The notes under the pieces: model-generated | What the model was told of the DNA's origin: nothing | What the model saw: the letters and a program-made list of their open reading frames with translations, nothing else | Databases searched by the model: none | Made by a program: the position numbers and the translations under genes | Shown here: positions 1 to 13,428 of the stretch, piece after piece | Layout: every line of letters begins with the position of its first letter | How positions within the stretch are numbered: the stretch's first letter is position 1 | Origin: Anaeramoeba ignava BMAN | Taxonomy: Eukaryota; Protista; Anaeramoebae | NCBI GenBank assembly: GCA_028826165.1 | Contig: JAPDFW010000112.1 | Coordinates: 62,001 to 126,000, forward strand | Direction of reading: 5' to 3' | DNA: 64,000 bases

Positions 1-1980
1 GAACTATTAGTATTTATAAATGAATCTTCTGAATCACTCGATGTATCACTTGTTGTATCACTTGTTGAATCACTTGTTGAATCAACATCTAAAACCTCTC
101 TTTCGGGAACAAATATCCTTGAAAATTCATCTCTTCTTCTTGTTGTTCTTTCTCTCGTCCTTCTGAGCCTTCTCAAAACTAATTCTCTTTCTCTATTGCG
201 CTCAATTTCAACCTCTCTTTCTGCTAAACCCCTCGAAAACCTGTTATGACTTATACGCTCGTTTCGTGGAGAAATCCGATCCAAACCACCTCTACCAATT
301 ATATGTTCATTTCTTGGTAAATGCGGAAAACGATTCGAAATTCTCCATTCAAGTCGATTTCTCAAATTATCATTAACTGAACGCCTTCTTGCTCTGGCAT
401 CCATTTCGTTAAACATATCTATATTCAAAAACGAGGATATTTGCTCTCGAAATTCATTTTCATTTTCATTTTCATTTTCATTTTCATTTTCATTTTCATT
501 TTCATTTTCATTTTCATTTTCATTTTCATTTTCATTTTCATTTTCAAATTCATCTTCATTTTTAATTCTTTGTCTCTTTTGATTTGTTTGAGGCTCATTT
601 TCCTTTTTGGTTTTTATTTCTTTGCAAATGTATTCGTTCTCAATTTTTTGTTTCAATAAATTCAAATCTTTTCCCAACAAAATCAATGATTGAACATCAA
701 GTTGATCATTCTGAATTTCCGCGATAAACTCTTGAGCTTTAAGAGCCAATAGCAAATCTTCTTGATTTTCCAAAAAACTTGGATAAGTTTGTTCCAAATT
801 TGAAATTGCCTGCTTAATTTTCCCATCCAAAATCAACTGGAATATTTCCTTTCTGTTTTCAATTGATTTCTTGATATTCTGGATATTTGATATCTGAGGG
901 AGTTCGTGCCCAAATGATTTGGATTGATTGATAAATGCCTGCAAAGTTTTAGAGTATCCTCTGTTGATTAAGTGAGACAAAACGAGTTCATTCCCAAACA
1001 AATTGATAAAATGAGAATCGGAAAATATTTCCAAAAAAATTTTTTTTTTCTGTTCGGAAATAAAATGCTGGATATCAAATTTAAATGGCGCATTTCCAAA
1101 ATTAGCTTTTAAAATTTCACCACGCGATCTAAATCCAACAAAAGGATAAAGTCTGACACCCAGATTAACATTTCGGAAGGCAATAGGCAAATCCTTTCCG
1201 TTTTTTGTGTAAAAAACAGATTTGTTGATGCAATTTAAACAGCATCCAATTATGTCACCAGTAGTGTAAGTGGGTCCATAAGGTGTTCCTCTTCCATGTG
1301 ATTCGAATTTCTTGCCATCATCTCCGTGGTATCCAAATGAATAAAAATCCCATCCTGGCATTCTATTTGTTGGGACTTTCTCTGCTGATAACCCAATTCC
1401 AATATATCCATGTTCTCCTGCTGAAATGATTGTCATTTCATAATAAAATATTCCGTTTGTGTTTAAAATTGGGTTGTCTGCTCGAATGGAAGCTGCTTCA
1501 CTATCATCTCTTCCTTTTTTTATTTTGTAGATGAATTATATTTTTAAGATATTTTTTTTTTGTTTAAAATTTATGTGTATTTTTACCTAATCCAGTATAA
1601 ATGACTTTTAATCCTTCATCTTCTAAATCAATTAACTTAGATTTATCTTGTAAATTAAATTTTTGAGGTTGTTTTGGGTATTTTTCATGGAGATATTCTG
1701 GGATCAATTTTTCAATTTCATTTTCAATTTCATTTTCAATTTCATTTTCGATTTCATTTTCAATTTCATTTTCAATTTCATTTTCGATTTCATTTTCAAT
1801 TTGAATTTGATTTTGATTTTCATTTTCATTTTCAATTTCATTTTCATTTTCAATTTGAATTTCAATTTCATTTTGATTTATATTTTCAATTTGATTTTGA
1901 TTTTCATTTTGATTTATATTTTCATTTTGATTTTCATTTTGATTTTGATTTTGATTTTGATTTTGATTTATAAATTGCAT
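1..1980 (-). CDS. RANBP9: RanBP9/10-like (CTLH/GID complex) SPRY-LisH-CTLH protein; 3' end runs off the window
   Basis: ATG at 1980. Phase-1 intron 1514-1586 (G|gtaaaa...aaaaag|GA) joins [17 protein letters not shown]. Exon 2 encodes SPRY ([18 protein letters not shown]...[15 protein letters not shown]...[12 protein letters not shown]), LisH ([14 protein letters not shown]) and CTLH-like ([13 protein letters not shown]) motifs. N-terminal NQ/ENEI low complexity. Confidence 0.9.
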
Positions 1981-2108
1981 AATAATAAAAAAAGAAAAAA
2001 GAAAAAAATGAAAAAATTCTTTTTAAAAAAATTTATTAATTTTGATTAAAAATTTGAAATTGATTAGTTTGTTTTAATTTTTTGAAATTGAAATTGATTA
2101 GTTTAAAA

Positions 2109-4314
2109 TTACCAAACATCTTGGAATATTCTTTTTTCTTCAGAAACTTTTTTCCAAAATGATTCAACCAAATCTTCTTTTTCTAATTTCTTTTCAACTA
2201 TCATTCTCAACTTTTCAAGAACACTTCTTGATAAAGATTTAGATCCACAAATATAAACAAATCCAGACTGTAAAAAATTCCAAACAATTTCACTTTTTTC
2301 TTCAATCAAATCTTGAACATAAACTTTATCAGACTTTTCTCTTGAAAAAGCACAATAAACTCCATCAAGAATTTGCAAATCAATCCAATTCATCAAATTA
2401 TCTTGAAATATAAAATCTTCATTTCGGTTTCGACATCCAAAAAAAAGAAGAGTTTTGCCAATTTGTTTTTCTTCTTTTTTCTCAAAAACTTGTGAATTTT
2501 GTTCAATTAATAATTTTCCAATTTCCGATTTTTTATTTTTTTGCAAATCCAAAAGTGGAACAAAAGAAGATTGTTTTTGGAGCTCAATTCTTTTCTCAAT
2601 AAAGCCCAAATAAGGTCCGATTCCACTTCCATTTGCGACCAACAAAATATCTTTTGAATAATCCAATAAAACATGAAAATTTGATTTTCGAATGAAGGCT
2701 GGAATTTCAATAAATTCTGCATCATTTTGAATTAATCTTGCGTAAATCCTATCAAAAAAAGATGTGCAAACACCAAAACGATGTGACCCTGAATCAGTTT
2801 GGAAATGGTTCAAAATATAAACAATTGAAACTGTTTTTTTTCTGTTTTTTTCTTCTTTTGAAACTGATGAAATACTATAATATCTTGGTTCCATTCTCGG
2901 TAAATGTTGAAGCAGAATATTTATCGGAGGATTACAACTTGTGTATTTTTCTAAAATATCCACAATATTCTTGCATTTTCCTGCAACTTGTGTCTTGTAA
3001 TACTCTTCCATTTCTTGGCTTGAAATTTTCTTCATTTTTTCTTGTTCTTCGTTTTTTGAGCAGTAAGTTGACAGAATATTCATCATTTTAGGCGATACAA
3101 GACCTGAAATATCGCATAAACATTCAAATGCTGTTTTCAAACTGATTTTGGAATTAAAAGTCTGGATAAATAAATTACTTGTAAATTTTGGAGCATTTTC
3201 ATTTTCATTTTCATTTTCATTTTGATTTTCATTTTCATTTTGAACAATTTCAAAAACTTTTTGAAAATTTTCATTTGAAATTTTTAATCTTTTAGCTAAT
3301 CTTTCAATTAATTCAGGATTGTTTTGAGGGAGTATTCCAATATGATCTCCTGGTTGGTATTGAATTTCATTATTTGTTGGTATTTCCATTACTAAATATC
3401 TATAAAGATGAATATTTTGTTGATCTTTTGATAATTCAGAAATTGTATTAATTTTAGCAACAAAAATATTTGAGAAATGGAATTCTTGTTTGGATTCATT
3501 TTCTTGACGATATAGATTAAAATTGTTAAATAAATTGGGGTAATTATAATTGATATTAAGTTTTTGTTCTTTGAATTTTAAGTTGAAATTTTGATTTGAA
3601 TTTTGATTTGAATTTTGATTTGAATTTTGATTTGAATTTTGATTTGAATTTTCTTTTGAATTTTCTTTTAAATTTTCTTTTAAATTTTTCTCTATAAAAG
3701 TAATTAAATTTGATTTCCATGTTTTAAATGTTGATTCTAAATTATGATTTTCATCTCCAAATGTTGAAGGAAAAAATCTTTTTGCTCCAAGTTGTTCAAA
3801 TCTTTTATCAACACTTTTACCAAATCCATTAAAAAATTGATAAGAAGAATCACCCAATCCAAAAACAGTATAATTTAGGTTTTGAAGAAAATTGTTTGGA
3901 AGTGAATTATCAATAATAAAGTCCCAGAAATCAACTGCATTATCAGGTGGTTCTTTAATTTAATTTAATTTAATTTTAATTTAATTTTTAATTTAATTTA
4001 ATTTAATTTTTAATTTTTAATTTAATTTTTAATTTAATTTAAATTTTTTTTTTTACCTCCATCTCCATAAGTTGATGTTATTATAATAACATAATCTTCT
4101 TTGGAAAGATCTTTCTAAATTAATTTTAATATTTAAAAAAATTGTTTTATTTTTTATTTTTGTTTTTTTGATTGTGTTTTTTTTTTACTGGTTGATATTC
4201 TTCTATATCAATTAATTTGCTTGTTTTAATTTGTTTAGATAAAGAATCAGCAAACCCTTCTGCTGTTCCAGTTTGTGTCCCAAATAATATTTTTATATTC
4301 AAATTATTCATCAT
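2109..4314 (-). CDS. Soluble NADPH-dependent diflavin oxidoreductase (CPR/methionine synthase reductase family)
   Basis: ATG 4314; introns 4115-4188 and 3953-4056. FMN motifs FGTQTGTAEG, STYGDGEPPDNA, GLGDSSY; FAD motifs PRYYSISS and GVCT; NADPH motifs GSGIGPY, LFFGCR, AFSRE, KVYVQD, YICG; C-terminal FQDVW. No N-terminal membrane anchor. Confidence 0.9.
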
Positions 4315-4407
4315 TTTTCTTTATTTAATTAAAAAAAATGAAAAAAAAAATGAAAATGAAAAATGAAATTGAAAAAATTTATTTTTAATTTTTTATGCAT
4401 CTTTTAT

Positions 4408-5523
4408 TCATCTTATTCTTTCAATTATAAATGATCCATTTTCTTCATATTCTTGTTTTAAAACAAATTTCTTTTCAGAATCAACAAGTGAAGCAAAAAT
4501 AGAACCACCAATCCAAGATAAATTGTCTCTTTGAGGATGTTTCAAAATATTCATTTCCTTCAAATTCAATAAGGAATTCAATTCCTTATTCAATCTATCT
4601 GTAAATTGAGGGAACATTGTTGATCCACCAGATAAAACAATATCAGAAAATAAATCATTGCGAATTTGTTGATCGCATTTCATATATGAATTGTAAGTTG
4701 AATCTTGAATTGAATCACAATCAATGAATGGGAAATCAGGACGAAAAAGCAATTCAGGACATTTAAAAACTTCATTTCCAATTGTGATAATTTGACCATC
4801 GGGTAATTCATATTCTTTATCAAAAACAGTTGAATTTAAAAAGGATTTGAGATCACTTTGATAATCCAATGAAACACAACACAATTTCTCTTTGATATCT
4901 CTCACAATTTCTCTTTCTGCAGTTGTATTGAATGAATATCCTCTTTGGTTTAGTAAAATTTGCAAATAAAGAGTCAAATCATTCCCAGCCAAATCAATTC
5001 TTGAAACAGCATCATAAAGAGTAACAAAATCACGTGAAATGGGAACAATATAAGAAATATCGCCTCCAACTAAAATCACTGTTCCATGTGTTTTTTCTGC
5101 TGAATATAGCGACAAAATTCCTGTGTTTTGGATACTTAATCCTTGGATATTGAACACTTCAAACATGATCTCGGTTGAGACCAATCTTGACATTTGCCGA
5201 TTCAAAGGTGGTTCAGTTAAAAGTACAAAATATTCTGTAGGATCTCTTCGTAATTCGTTGTAAAATGTATGATGCCAAATTGCTTGCATATCATCCCAAT
5301 CAGTGATTATTCCTTTTCTCACTGGATGAGTTATTGTTAAAATTCCGCATTTGGATTGTGATTCATCTCCTACATATCGATCCCTTGATCCCATTCCTAT
5401 CATAATTCCTATATGGCGTGGTTTTCCTACTATTGTTGGGAAAATTGCTAATGGAGAATCGTCTCCTGCAAATCCTGCTTTTGTCATAAAAGATCCATTA
5501 TCTATCACAATTGTATTTTCCAT
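4408..5523 (-). CDS. Divergent actin paralog (intronless)
   Basis: IDNGS..KAGFAGDD, WHHTFYNELR, TTAEREIVRDIKEKLC, YELPDGQ, LSGGSTMFP, WIGGSI; 371 aa. Confidence 0.93.
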   Translation of the reverse strand: MENTIVIDNGSFMTKAGFAGDDSPLAIFPTIVGKPRHIGIMIGMGSRDRYVGDESQSKCGILTITHPVRKGIITDWDDMQAIWHHTFYNELRRDPTEYFVLLTEPPLNRQMSRLVSTEIMFEVFNIQGLSIQNTGILSLYSAEKTHGTVILVGGDISYIVPISRDFVTLYDAVSRIDLAGNDLTLYLQILLNQRGYSFNTTAEREIVRDIKEKLCCVSLDYQSDLKSFLNSTVFDKEYELPDGQIITIGNEVFKCPELLFRPDFPFIDCDSIQDSTYNSYMKCDQQIRNDLFSDIVLSGGSTMFPQFTDRLNKELNSLLNLKEMNILKHPQRDNLSWIGGSIFASLVDSEKKFVLKQEYEENGSFIIERIR

Positions 5524-6670
5524 CTATTAAAAAGAAAATGAGAAAAATGAAAAATGAAAATGAAAAATAAAAAATGAAAATATTGAAAAATTAATTGAAC
5601 TGAATCAAAATTATTAATAATTAATTTAAAATAAAAAGTGGAATAATAATTAATAATTAATTTAAAATAAAATTGATTTATTTAATTAAAATTTATATCT
5701 TATACGAAAATTTAATTAAAAAGAATATAAATTACGAAAAATTAATTAAATAATCTTATATAAATTATAAATAAAAAAATAAATAAATAATCTTATATAA
5801 ATTATAAATAAAAATATTAATAATTTAATTGATAGAAAAAGTGGAATAAATATATTGAAAAATTTATTTATATTAAATTTATTAATTTTTAAAATGAAAT
5901 TTTTTTAAAATTTGAATTCATTTTTCTTTTTACATAAAAATAATATTTATTTTATAATTAATTTTATTAAATTTATTAATAAAAATATTAATAATTTATT
6001 GATAGAAAAAAAAGTGGAATAAACATTAATTTATTTATATTAAATTTATTAATGAAAATATTTATAATTCAACTAAAAAAATTGTTAATAAAGAAATTTA
6101 TTATTTATTAATTCCATTTGTTAATAATATTATTGATAATTTCTTTATTCTTCATTTCTTATTTATTTTATTTAATTAAAAAATTTTTTTTCCCTTTTAT
6201 CCTTTTTTTTTTCTCCTTTATCCTTTTTTTTTTCGTTAATTAAAAAATTAATAAAAAAAATTAGAAATCTTTTTATTTCTTTTTTTTTCTAATAAATCGT
6301 TAATTTTATTTTTAATAAATATGTATAAATTAATGATTAAAAAAATAAATTAGATCAAAAAAAAAATTAATTAAAAAAAATACATTTATATTTTTCCCTT
6401 TTACTCTTTTTTTTTTTTTCAATTAAAAAATTAATAAAAAAATTGGAAATCTTTTTATTTCTTTTTTTTTCTAATAAATGGTTAATTTTATTTTAATAAA
6501 TATGTATAAATTATGATTAAAAAAAATTTTTCTTTTTTATTCTTTTTTTTTTTATTTTCGTTAAATATTTTTATTTTTTTTAAATTTTTTTTTTTTCATT
6601 TTTTTTTGATCTTTTTTAAAAAAATTTTTTTTATTAAAAAATTTAGAAATCAAAAATACAATAAAAAAAA

Positions 6671-9600
6671 ATGCAAGAAAATATTAAATTAAAACAAATT
6701 TATGAAGCTATCAAAACAAATAATGTTCAATTTTTTGGTTCAATTCCGACTTTAAAAACAAAAGAAAAAGAAAAAGAAAAAGAAAAAGAAAAAGAAAAAG
6801 AAAAAGAAAAAGAGAACTTTTTACATTTTGCTTTTAAACAAAATTCATCAAAAGAAATTATTGAATTATTAATTTCAAAAGGTGTTGATATTAATTCAAA
6901 AAATAAATGGAATGAAACACCTTTAAATATTGCTTTGCAAAATAAAAATCCAAAAGAAATTATTGAATTATTAATTGAGAAAGGTGTTGATATTAATTCA
7001 AAAAATCAATGGAATGAAATACCTTTACACATTGCTTTGAAAAATAAAAATCCAAAAGAAATTATTGAATTATTAATTTCAGAAAGGTGTTGATATTAAT
7101 TCAAAAAATAAATGGAATGAAATACCTTTACATATTGCTTTGCAAAACAATTATCCAAAAGAAATTATTGAATTATTAATTTCAAAAGGTGCTGATATTA
7201 ATTCAAAAAATCAATGGAATGAAATACCTTTACATATTGCTTTGAAAAATAAATATCCAAAAGAAATTATTGAATTATTAATTGAGAAAGGTTCTGATAT
7301 TAATTCAAAAAATCAATGGAATGAAATACCTTTACATATTGCTTTGAAAAATAAAAATTCAAATGAAATTATTGAATTATTAATTGAGAAAGGATCTGAT
7401 CTAAATTTAAAAAATAAATGGAATGAATCATCTTTACATATTGCTTTGCGAAATAAATATTCAAAAGAAATTATTGAATTATTAATTTCCAAAAGGTTCT
7501 GATATTAATTCAAAAAATAATGAAAATGAAATACCTTTACACATTGCTTTGAAAAAAATGAAAATTGAAATTATTGAATTATTAATTGAAAAAGGTGTTG
7601 ATATTAATTCCAAAAACAGTGAAATTAAAAATCATTCACCCTTAAATTATGTTTTGAGAAATCAATATCCAAAAGAAATTATTGAATTATTAATTGAGAA
7701 AGGTTCTGATATTAATTCAAAAAATAATCAAAACGAAACACCTTTACATAATGCTTTGAAAAACCAAAATCCAAAAGAAATTATTGAATTATTAATTGGA
7801 AAGGGATCTAATATCAATTACAAAAATAATCAAAATGAAACACCTTTACATATTGCTTTGAAAAATAAATATTCAAATGGAATCATCAAATTATTAATTT
7901 CCAAAGGTTCTAATATTAATTCAAAAAATAATCAAAATGAAACACCTTTACATATTTCTTTGAAAAATCAATATTCAAAGGAAATTATTGAATTATTAAT
8001 TTCCAAAGGTTCTGATATTAATTCAAAAAATAAATGGAATGAAATACCTTTACATATTGCTTTGCAAAACAATTATCCAAAAGAAATTATTGAATTATTA
8101 ATCTCAAAAGGATCTGATCTCAATTTAAAAAATTATCAAAATGAATTACCTTTGAACATTGCTTTCAGAAATAAACTGCCAAATGAAATTGTCCAATTAC
8201 TAATATCGAAAAAATCTGATATCAACACGTCAATAGATGGAAAAGAAACACCTTTATATGTTGCCTTGGAAAAAAAATATTCAAGTGAAACTATTGAATT
8301 TTTAATTGAAAAATCCATTGAAAAACATCCCGAAAATAATCAAAATGAAACACCTTTGCATTTTACTTTGGGAAACAAATTACCAAATGAAATTGTTAAG
8401 GTATTAATTTCAAAGATTCTGGATATTAACTCCAAAAACAATCAAAATGAAATACCTTTACATATTGCTTTGAAAAATCAATATTCAAAAGAAATTATTG
8501 AATTATTAATTGAGAAAGGATCTGATCTAAATTCCAAAAATAATCAAAATGAAACACCTTTATATGTTGCTTTGAAAAATCAATATTCAAAAGAAGTTAT
8601 TGAATTATTAATTGAAAAAGGAGATAATCTCAATTCAAAAATTATCAAAATGAAATACCTTTACACTTTGCTTTGAAGAACAATCCAGAAAAAAAAATCA
8701 TTAAATTACTAATTGAAAAGGGATCTGATATTAACTCCAAAAATAACAAAAACGAAGAACCTTTGCATTTTGCCTTGAAAAAACAAACTTATCAAGTAGC
8801 ATTATCAAACTATTAATCAAAAAGGGTGCGGATCTCAAATCCAAAATAGATGGGAAAGAAATACCTTTACATTATGCCTTGAAAAAAATGCAAATCGAAA
8901 TTATTGGATCATTAATTGAAAACGGATCCGATATTAACTCCAAAATAGATGGGGAAAGAAATACCTCTCCATTACGCTTTGAAAAATAAATTACCAATTG
9001 GGATTATTGGATTATTAATTGAAAAAGGATCTGATATTAACTCCAAAATAGATGGGGAAGAGATACCTCTGCATTACGCTTTGAAAAATAAATTATCAAA
9101 GGGAATTATTAAATTATTAATTGAAAAAGGATCCGATATTTATTCCAAAATAGATGGGGAAGAAATACCTTTCCATTACGCTTTGAAAAATAAATTATCA
9201 AAGGAAATTATTGAGTCATTAATTGAAAAGGGATCTGATCTTAATTCCAAAATAGACGGGGAAGAGCCACCTTTACATTATGCATTGAAGAATAATTTAT
9301 CAATGGGAGTTATTGAATTATTAATTTCGAAAGGAATCGATATTAATTCAAAAAACAATCAAAATGAATTACCTTTACATATTGCTTTGAAAAACAAATT
9401 TATCAAATGAAATCAAAATATTAATTTTAAATGGATCTGATCTCAACTCCAAAATAGATGGAAATGAAACACCATTACATTATGCTCTGGAAAACAAATA
9501 TCAAGTTGAAATTATTAAATTATTAATTTCCAAAGGATCTGATCTCATTTCCAAAAATAATCTAAAAGAAACACCTTTACATGTTGCTTTGAGAAATCAA

Positions 9601-11087
9601 TATTCATATGAAATTATTGAATTACTAATTTCCAAAGGATCTAATCTAAATTCAAAAAATCAACAAAAACAAACACCTTTGCATTTTGCTTTAGAAAATA
9701 ATTTACCAAATGAAATTATTAAATTATTAATTTCCCAAGGATCTGATATTAATTCAAAAAATAATCAAAAACAAACACCTTTACATATTGCCTTGAAAAA
9801 AAAAATTCCAAAAGAAATTATTGAATTATTAATTTCATCCAAATCCATTAATTCCAAAAATAATAAAAATAAGTTGCCATTACAAATCGCTTTGAAAAAG
9901 GAATATTCAAAAGAAATTATTGAATTATTAGTTTCAGGCAAATCAATTAATTCAAAAAACAATAAAAATGAATTACCTTTGCATATTGCACTGAAAAAAA
10001 ACAAATCAAATGAAATTGTTGAATTACTCATTTCAAAAGGATCTGATATTAATACAAAAAACAACCAAGATGAAATACCTTTACATATTGCTCTGGAAAA
10101 CAAATATCCAAAAGAAATCATTCAATACTTAATTGCAAAAGGATCCGACGTCAATTCCAAAAACAAAAAAAATGAAACACCTTTGCATATTGCTTTTCGA
10201 AAGAAACATTCGAATGAAATCAAAATTCTGTTAATGAGATACTTTGATATTTTTCATTTGCAAAAAACCGAAATTACACAACCAATGATTGATTTATTTC
10301 CCAAAATTTATTCTTTTAACGAAGATTTAAACAATTTTTTGAAATTGGACGATTTTAAAGATATTGAAATTAAAAGTAATGATGGAAAAAAATTCAAAGT
10401 TCACAAACAATTTTTATTAATTAGATTGGACAACAACGAAAAATTTTATCAAGATTTATCGATGTTTGCAGAAGAAAACCAAAAGAAGTTATTCAATTAG
10501 CTTTAAATTTCCTTTATACAGGATTTATCAATTTTGACAAATTTATGAATAAATTCCATCAATTTATTGAAAACAAGGATACAAATGGTTTAAATGATAG
10601 TTTGGATTCATTTGAAAATTCAAAAAATGAAGAATATGAAAAGGGATTAATTTATGATTTATTTGAACAAATTGGATTTGATTTGAATTGGATTAGTCGA
10701 AAAGAAGAAACAAAAGGAATATTAAAAGATTTTGAAAAATTATATCTAACTCAAGAAACAAAAGATTTCTCAATAACTTGCGAAAGAGAAATCAATTAAA
10801 GTTCATAAATTAATCTTAATAATAAGAAGTTCCTTTTTCAAAGACAAGTTTTTAAAATCCCTCTCGATTCATCGGATCAAGACGAAAATAAATATGAATC
10901 GGAAGAATCATTTGAAATCATGAGTCAATTAATTTATTTTTTTTATCATGACAAAATTCATCAAACAAAATTTATAACAGAAAATGTTAAAGAACTTGAA
11001 CCTATAAAAGAAAAATTTGGATTAAATCCTAATTCAATTCTGAGTCCATTTTTAGATGATTCTTTATCTGAATCTTTTGAAAAATAA
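6671..11087 (+). CDS. Long ankyrin-repeat protein with C-terminal BTB/POZ-type domains; reading frame broken by several indels
   Basis: Roughly 30 repeats of TPLHIAL..K.SKEIIELLIEKGSDINSKN across ORFs 6671-10500. These are followed by BTB-like DIEIKSNDGKKFKVHKQFL and KDFSITC..IKVHKLIL. Frame changes near 7081, 7490, 8640, 8785, 9395, 10440, 10785 and 10860; TAA at 11085-11087. Confidence 0.8.
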
Positions 11088-11281
11088 TTGAAATTTTCTT
11101 TTTTTTAAATCAAAAAACAAATAAAATAAAAAACAAAAAAGAAAAAACGTTAAAAAATTTTTTTTTCATTTTTCATTTTTCATTTTTCATTTTTCATTTT
11201 TTCCATTTAAGATTTAAATTTATAATTATTATTATTATTATATAAATTTTTATATTATTTTTTATTTAAAATATAAATTTT

Positions 11282-13300
11282 ATGTTGGAACAAAAAGAAC
11301 AAATTGAAGAAACTGAACAAATTGAAGGAATTGAAGAAATTGAAGAAATTGAACAAAATCGAATAAAAAGACATAAAAGACACAAAGTAATACCAATTGA
11401 ATATCAATTAAGAGAAATAATAACAACAATTGAACAAAAAGAAGAAGAACTTTCAGAACCAGGAACAAATGGAGTAAAAGAAATATTAACAGAAGAAGAG
11501 AGACTTTCATCACAAGGTAAAAAAAATTCAAATTAAATTTCAAATTAAATTAAAAATTAAATTCAAAATTAAATTCAAAATTAAATTCAAAATTAAATTC
11601 AAAATTAAATTCAAAATTAAATTCAATTCAAAATTAAATTAAATTCAATTCAAAATTAAATTCAAATTAAATTTCAAATTAAATTAAATTCAAAATTAAA
11701 ATTCAATTCAAAATTCAATTCAAAATTCAATTCAAAATTAAATTCAAAATTCAATTCAAATTAAATTCAAAATTAAATTAAAATTCAATTCAAAATTAAA
11801 TTAAAATTCAATTCAAAATTAAATTAAAATTCAATTCAAAATTAAATTCAAAATTAAATTCAAAATTCAATCCAAAATTCAATTAAAATTCAAAATTAAA
11901 TTCAATTCAAAATTAAATTAAATTCAAAATTAAATTCAATTCAAAATTAAATTCAAAATTAAATTCAAAATTCAATCCAAAATTCAATTCAAAATTAAAT
12001 TCAAAATTAAATTAAAAATTAAATTCAATTCAAAATTAAATTCAAAATTAAATTCAAAATTAAATTCAAAATTAAAAATTAAATTCAAATTCAAAATTAA
12101 ATTCAATTCAATCCAAAATTAAAATTCAAAATTAAATTCAATTCAAAATTAAATTCAAAATTCAATTCAATTCAATTCAAAATTAAATTCAATTCAAAAT
12201 TAAATTCAAAATTCAATTCAAAATTAAAAATTAAATTAAAATTCAATCCAAAATTAAATTCAAAATTAAATTCAAAATTCAATTCAAAATTAAATTCAAA
12301 ATTAAATTCAAAATTAAATTAAAAATTAAATTCAATTCAAAATTAAATTAAATTCAAAATTAAATTCAAAATTCAATTCAAAATTAAATTCAAAATTCAA
12401 TTCAAAATTAAAAATTAAATTAAAATTCAATTCAAAATTCAATTCAAAATTAAAATTCAATTCAAAATTAAATTAAAATTCAATTCAAAATTAAATTAAA
12501 ATTCAATTCAAAATTAAAAATTAAATTAAAATTCAAATTAAAAATTAAATTAAAATTCAAATTAAAAATTAAATTCAAAATTAAAATTGTTTGTAGCAAT
12601 GAAATTTTCTCAAAAAAGATTGGGATCAGAATGTATTGAAAAACTTTCACATATTGTTTCTTTAAAAAGTCAAAAAATTCAATTAGATCAAAAATTTTCA
12701 ACAAAAAATTTCATTTCAAGAATAAAAGAAAAATTTTCTCAAAATATGAAAAAAGGAAAAAAAACAAAAAAACAAAAAGAAGAAAAAGAATCAAAAGAAG
12801 GAAATATAAGTTTTTTTGAAGTAGGAAAAGTTTGTTCAGAAAAATATTATACTTTTAAACCAAATACAATAGATTTAATGTCAGAAAATATTTCAACGGA
12901 AATTACAGTTAAAGAAAGAGTAAAAAAAGAACCAGAAAAATTTTATAAAAAAGAAGAACTTGATTCACTTGATAATCTTCAAGAAACACAAACAGTTTCT
13001 CGAAAAATCAAAATGCAACAACATTTAGAAGCAAAATATAAAAAACACGAAAAATTAAATTTTTTCGAAACTTTATTTGATTCTAAAAAATTTTCTACAA
13101 CGATCGATAATTTTTTTGATTTATCTTTTTTAGTTCGTGATGGAACTTCTCAAATTAAATTGAAAAAAAAAGAACCAAATATTTTATTTGAAAAAGTTGA
13201 TGGTCATCAACTTCAAACAAGAAAATCTAATCAATTTGTTTATTCTTTTGATTATCAAACTTGGAAAAGAATGCAAAAAGATTTTCAAAAAAAAAAATAA
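11282..13300 (+). CDS. NSE4: Nse4/EID3 kleisin subunit of the SMC5/6 complex
   Basis: Phase-1 intron 11517-12596 joins ORFs 11282 and 12587 in frame. C-terminal Nse4 signature FSTTIDNFFDLSFLVRDG...QFVYSFDYQTW. Confidence 0.82.
11520..12586 (+). repeat. Degenerate (AAAATTAAATTC)n array filling the Nse4 intron
   Basis: About 1.07 kb of AAAATT/AAATTC/AATTC units with no G. Confidence 0.95.
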
Positions 13301-13428
13301 TCCAAAAAAAATAATATTTTTTGAAAAAATTTTTTTTCATTTTTTTTCTTTATCATTTTTCATTTTTAAAGAAATAAAAAATAAAAAATAAAAATAAAAA
13401 TAAAAACAACAACAAAATAACAAATAAA

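Noticed and set aside
6671-11087. Euplotes-type programmed ribosomal frameshifting
   Set aside because: Frame changes occur in both directions, at varied homopolymers, and usually several codons before the stop; there is no consistent AAA-TAR motif.
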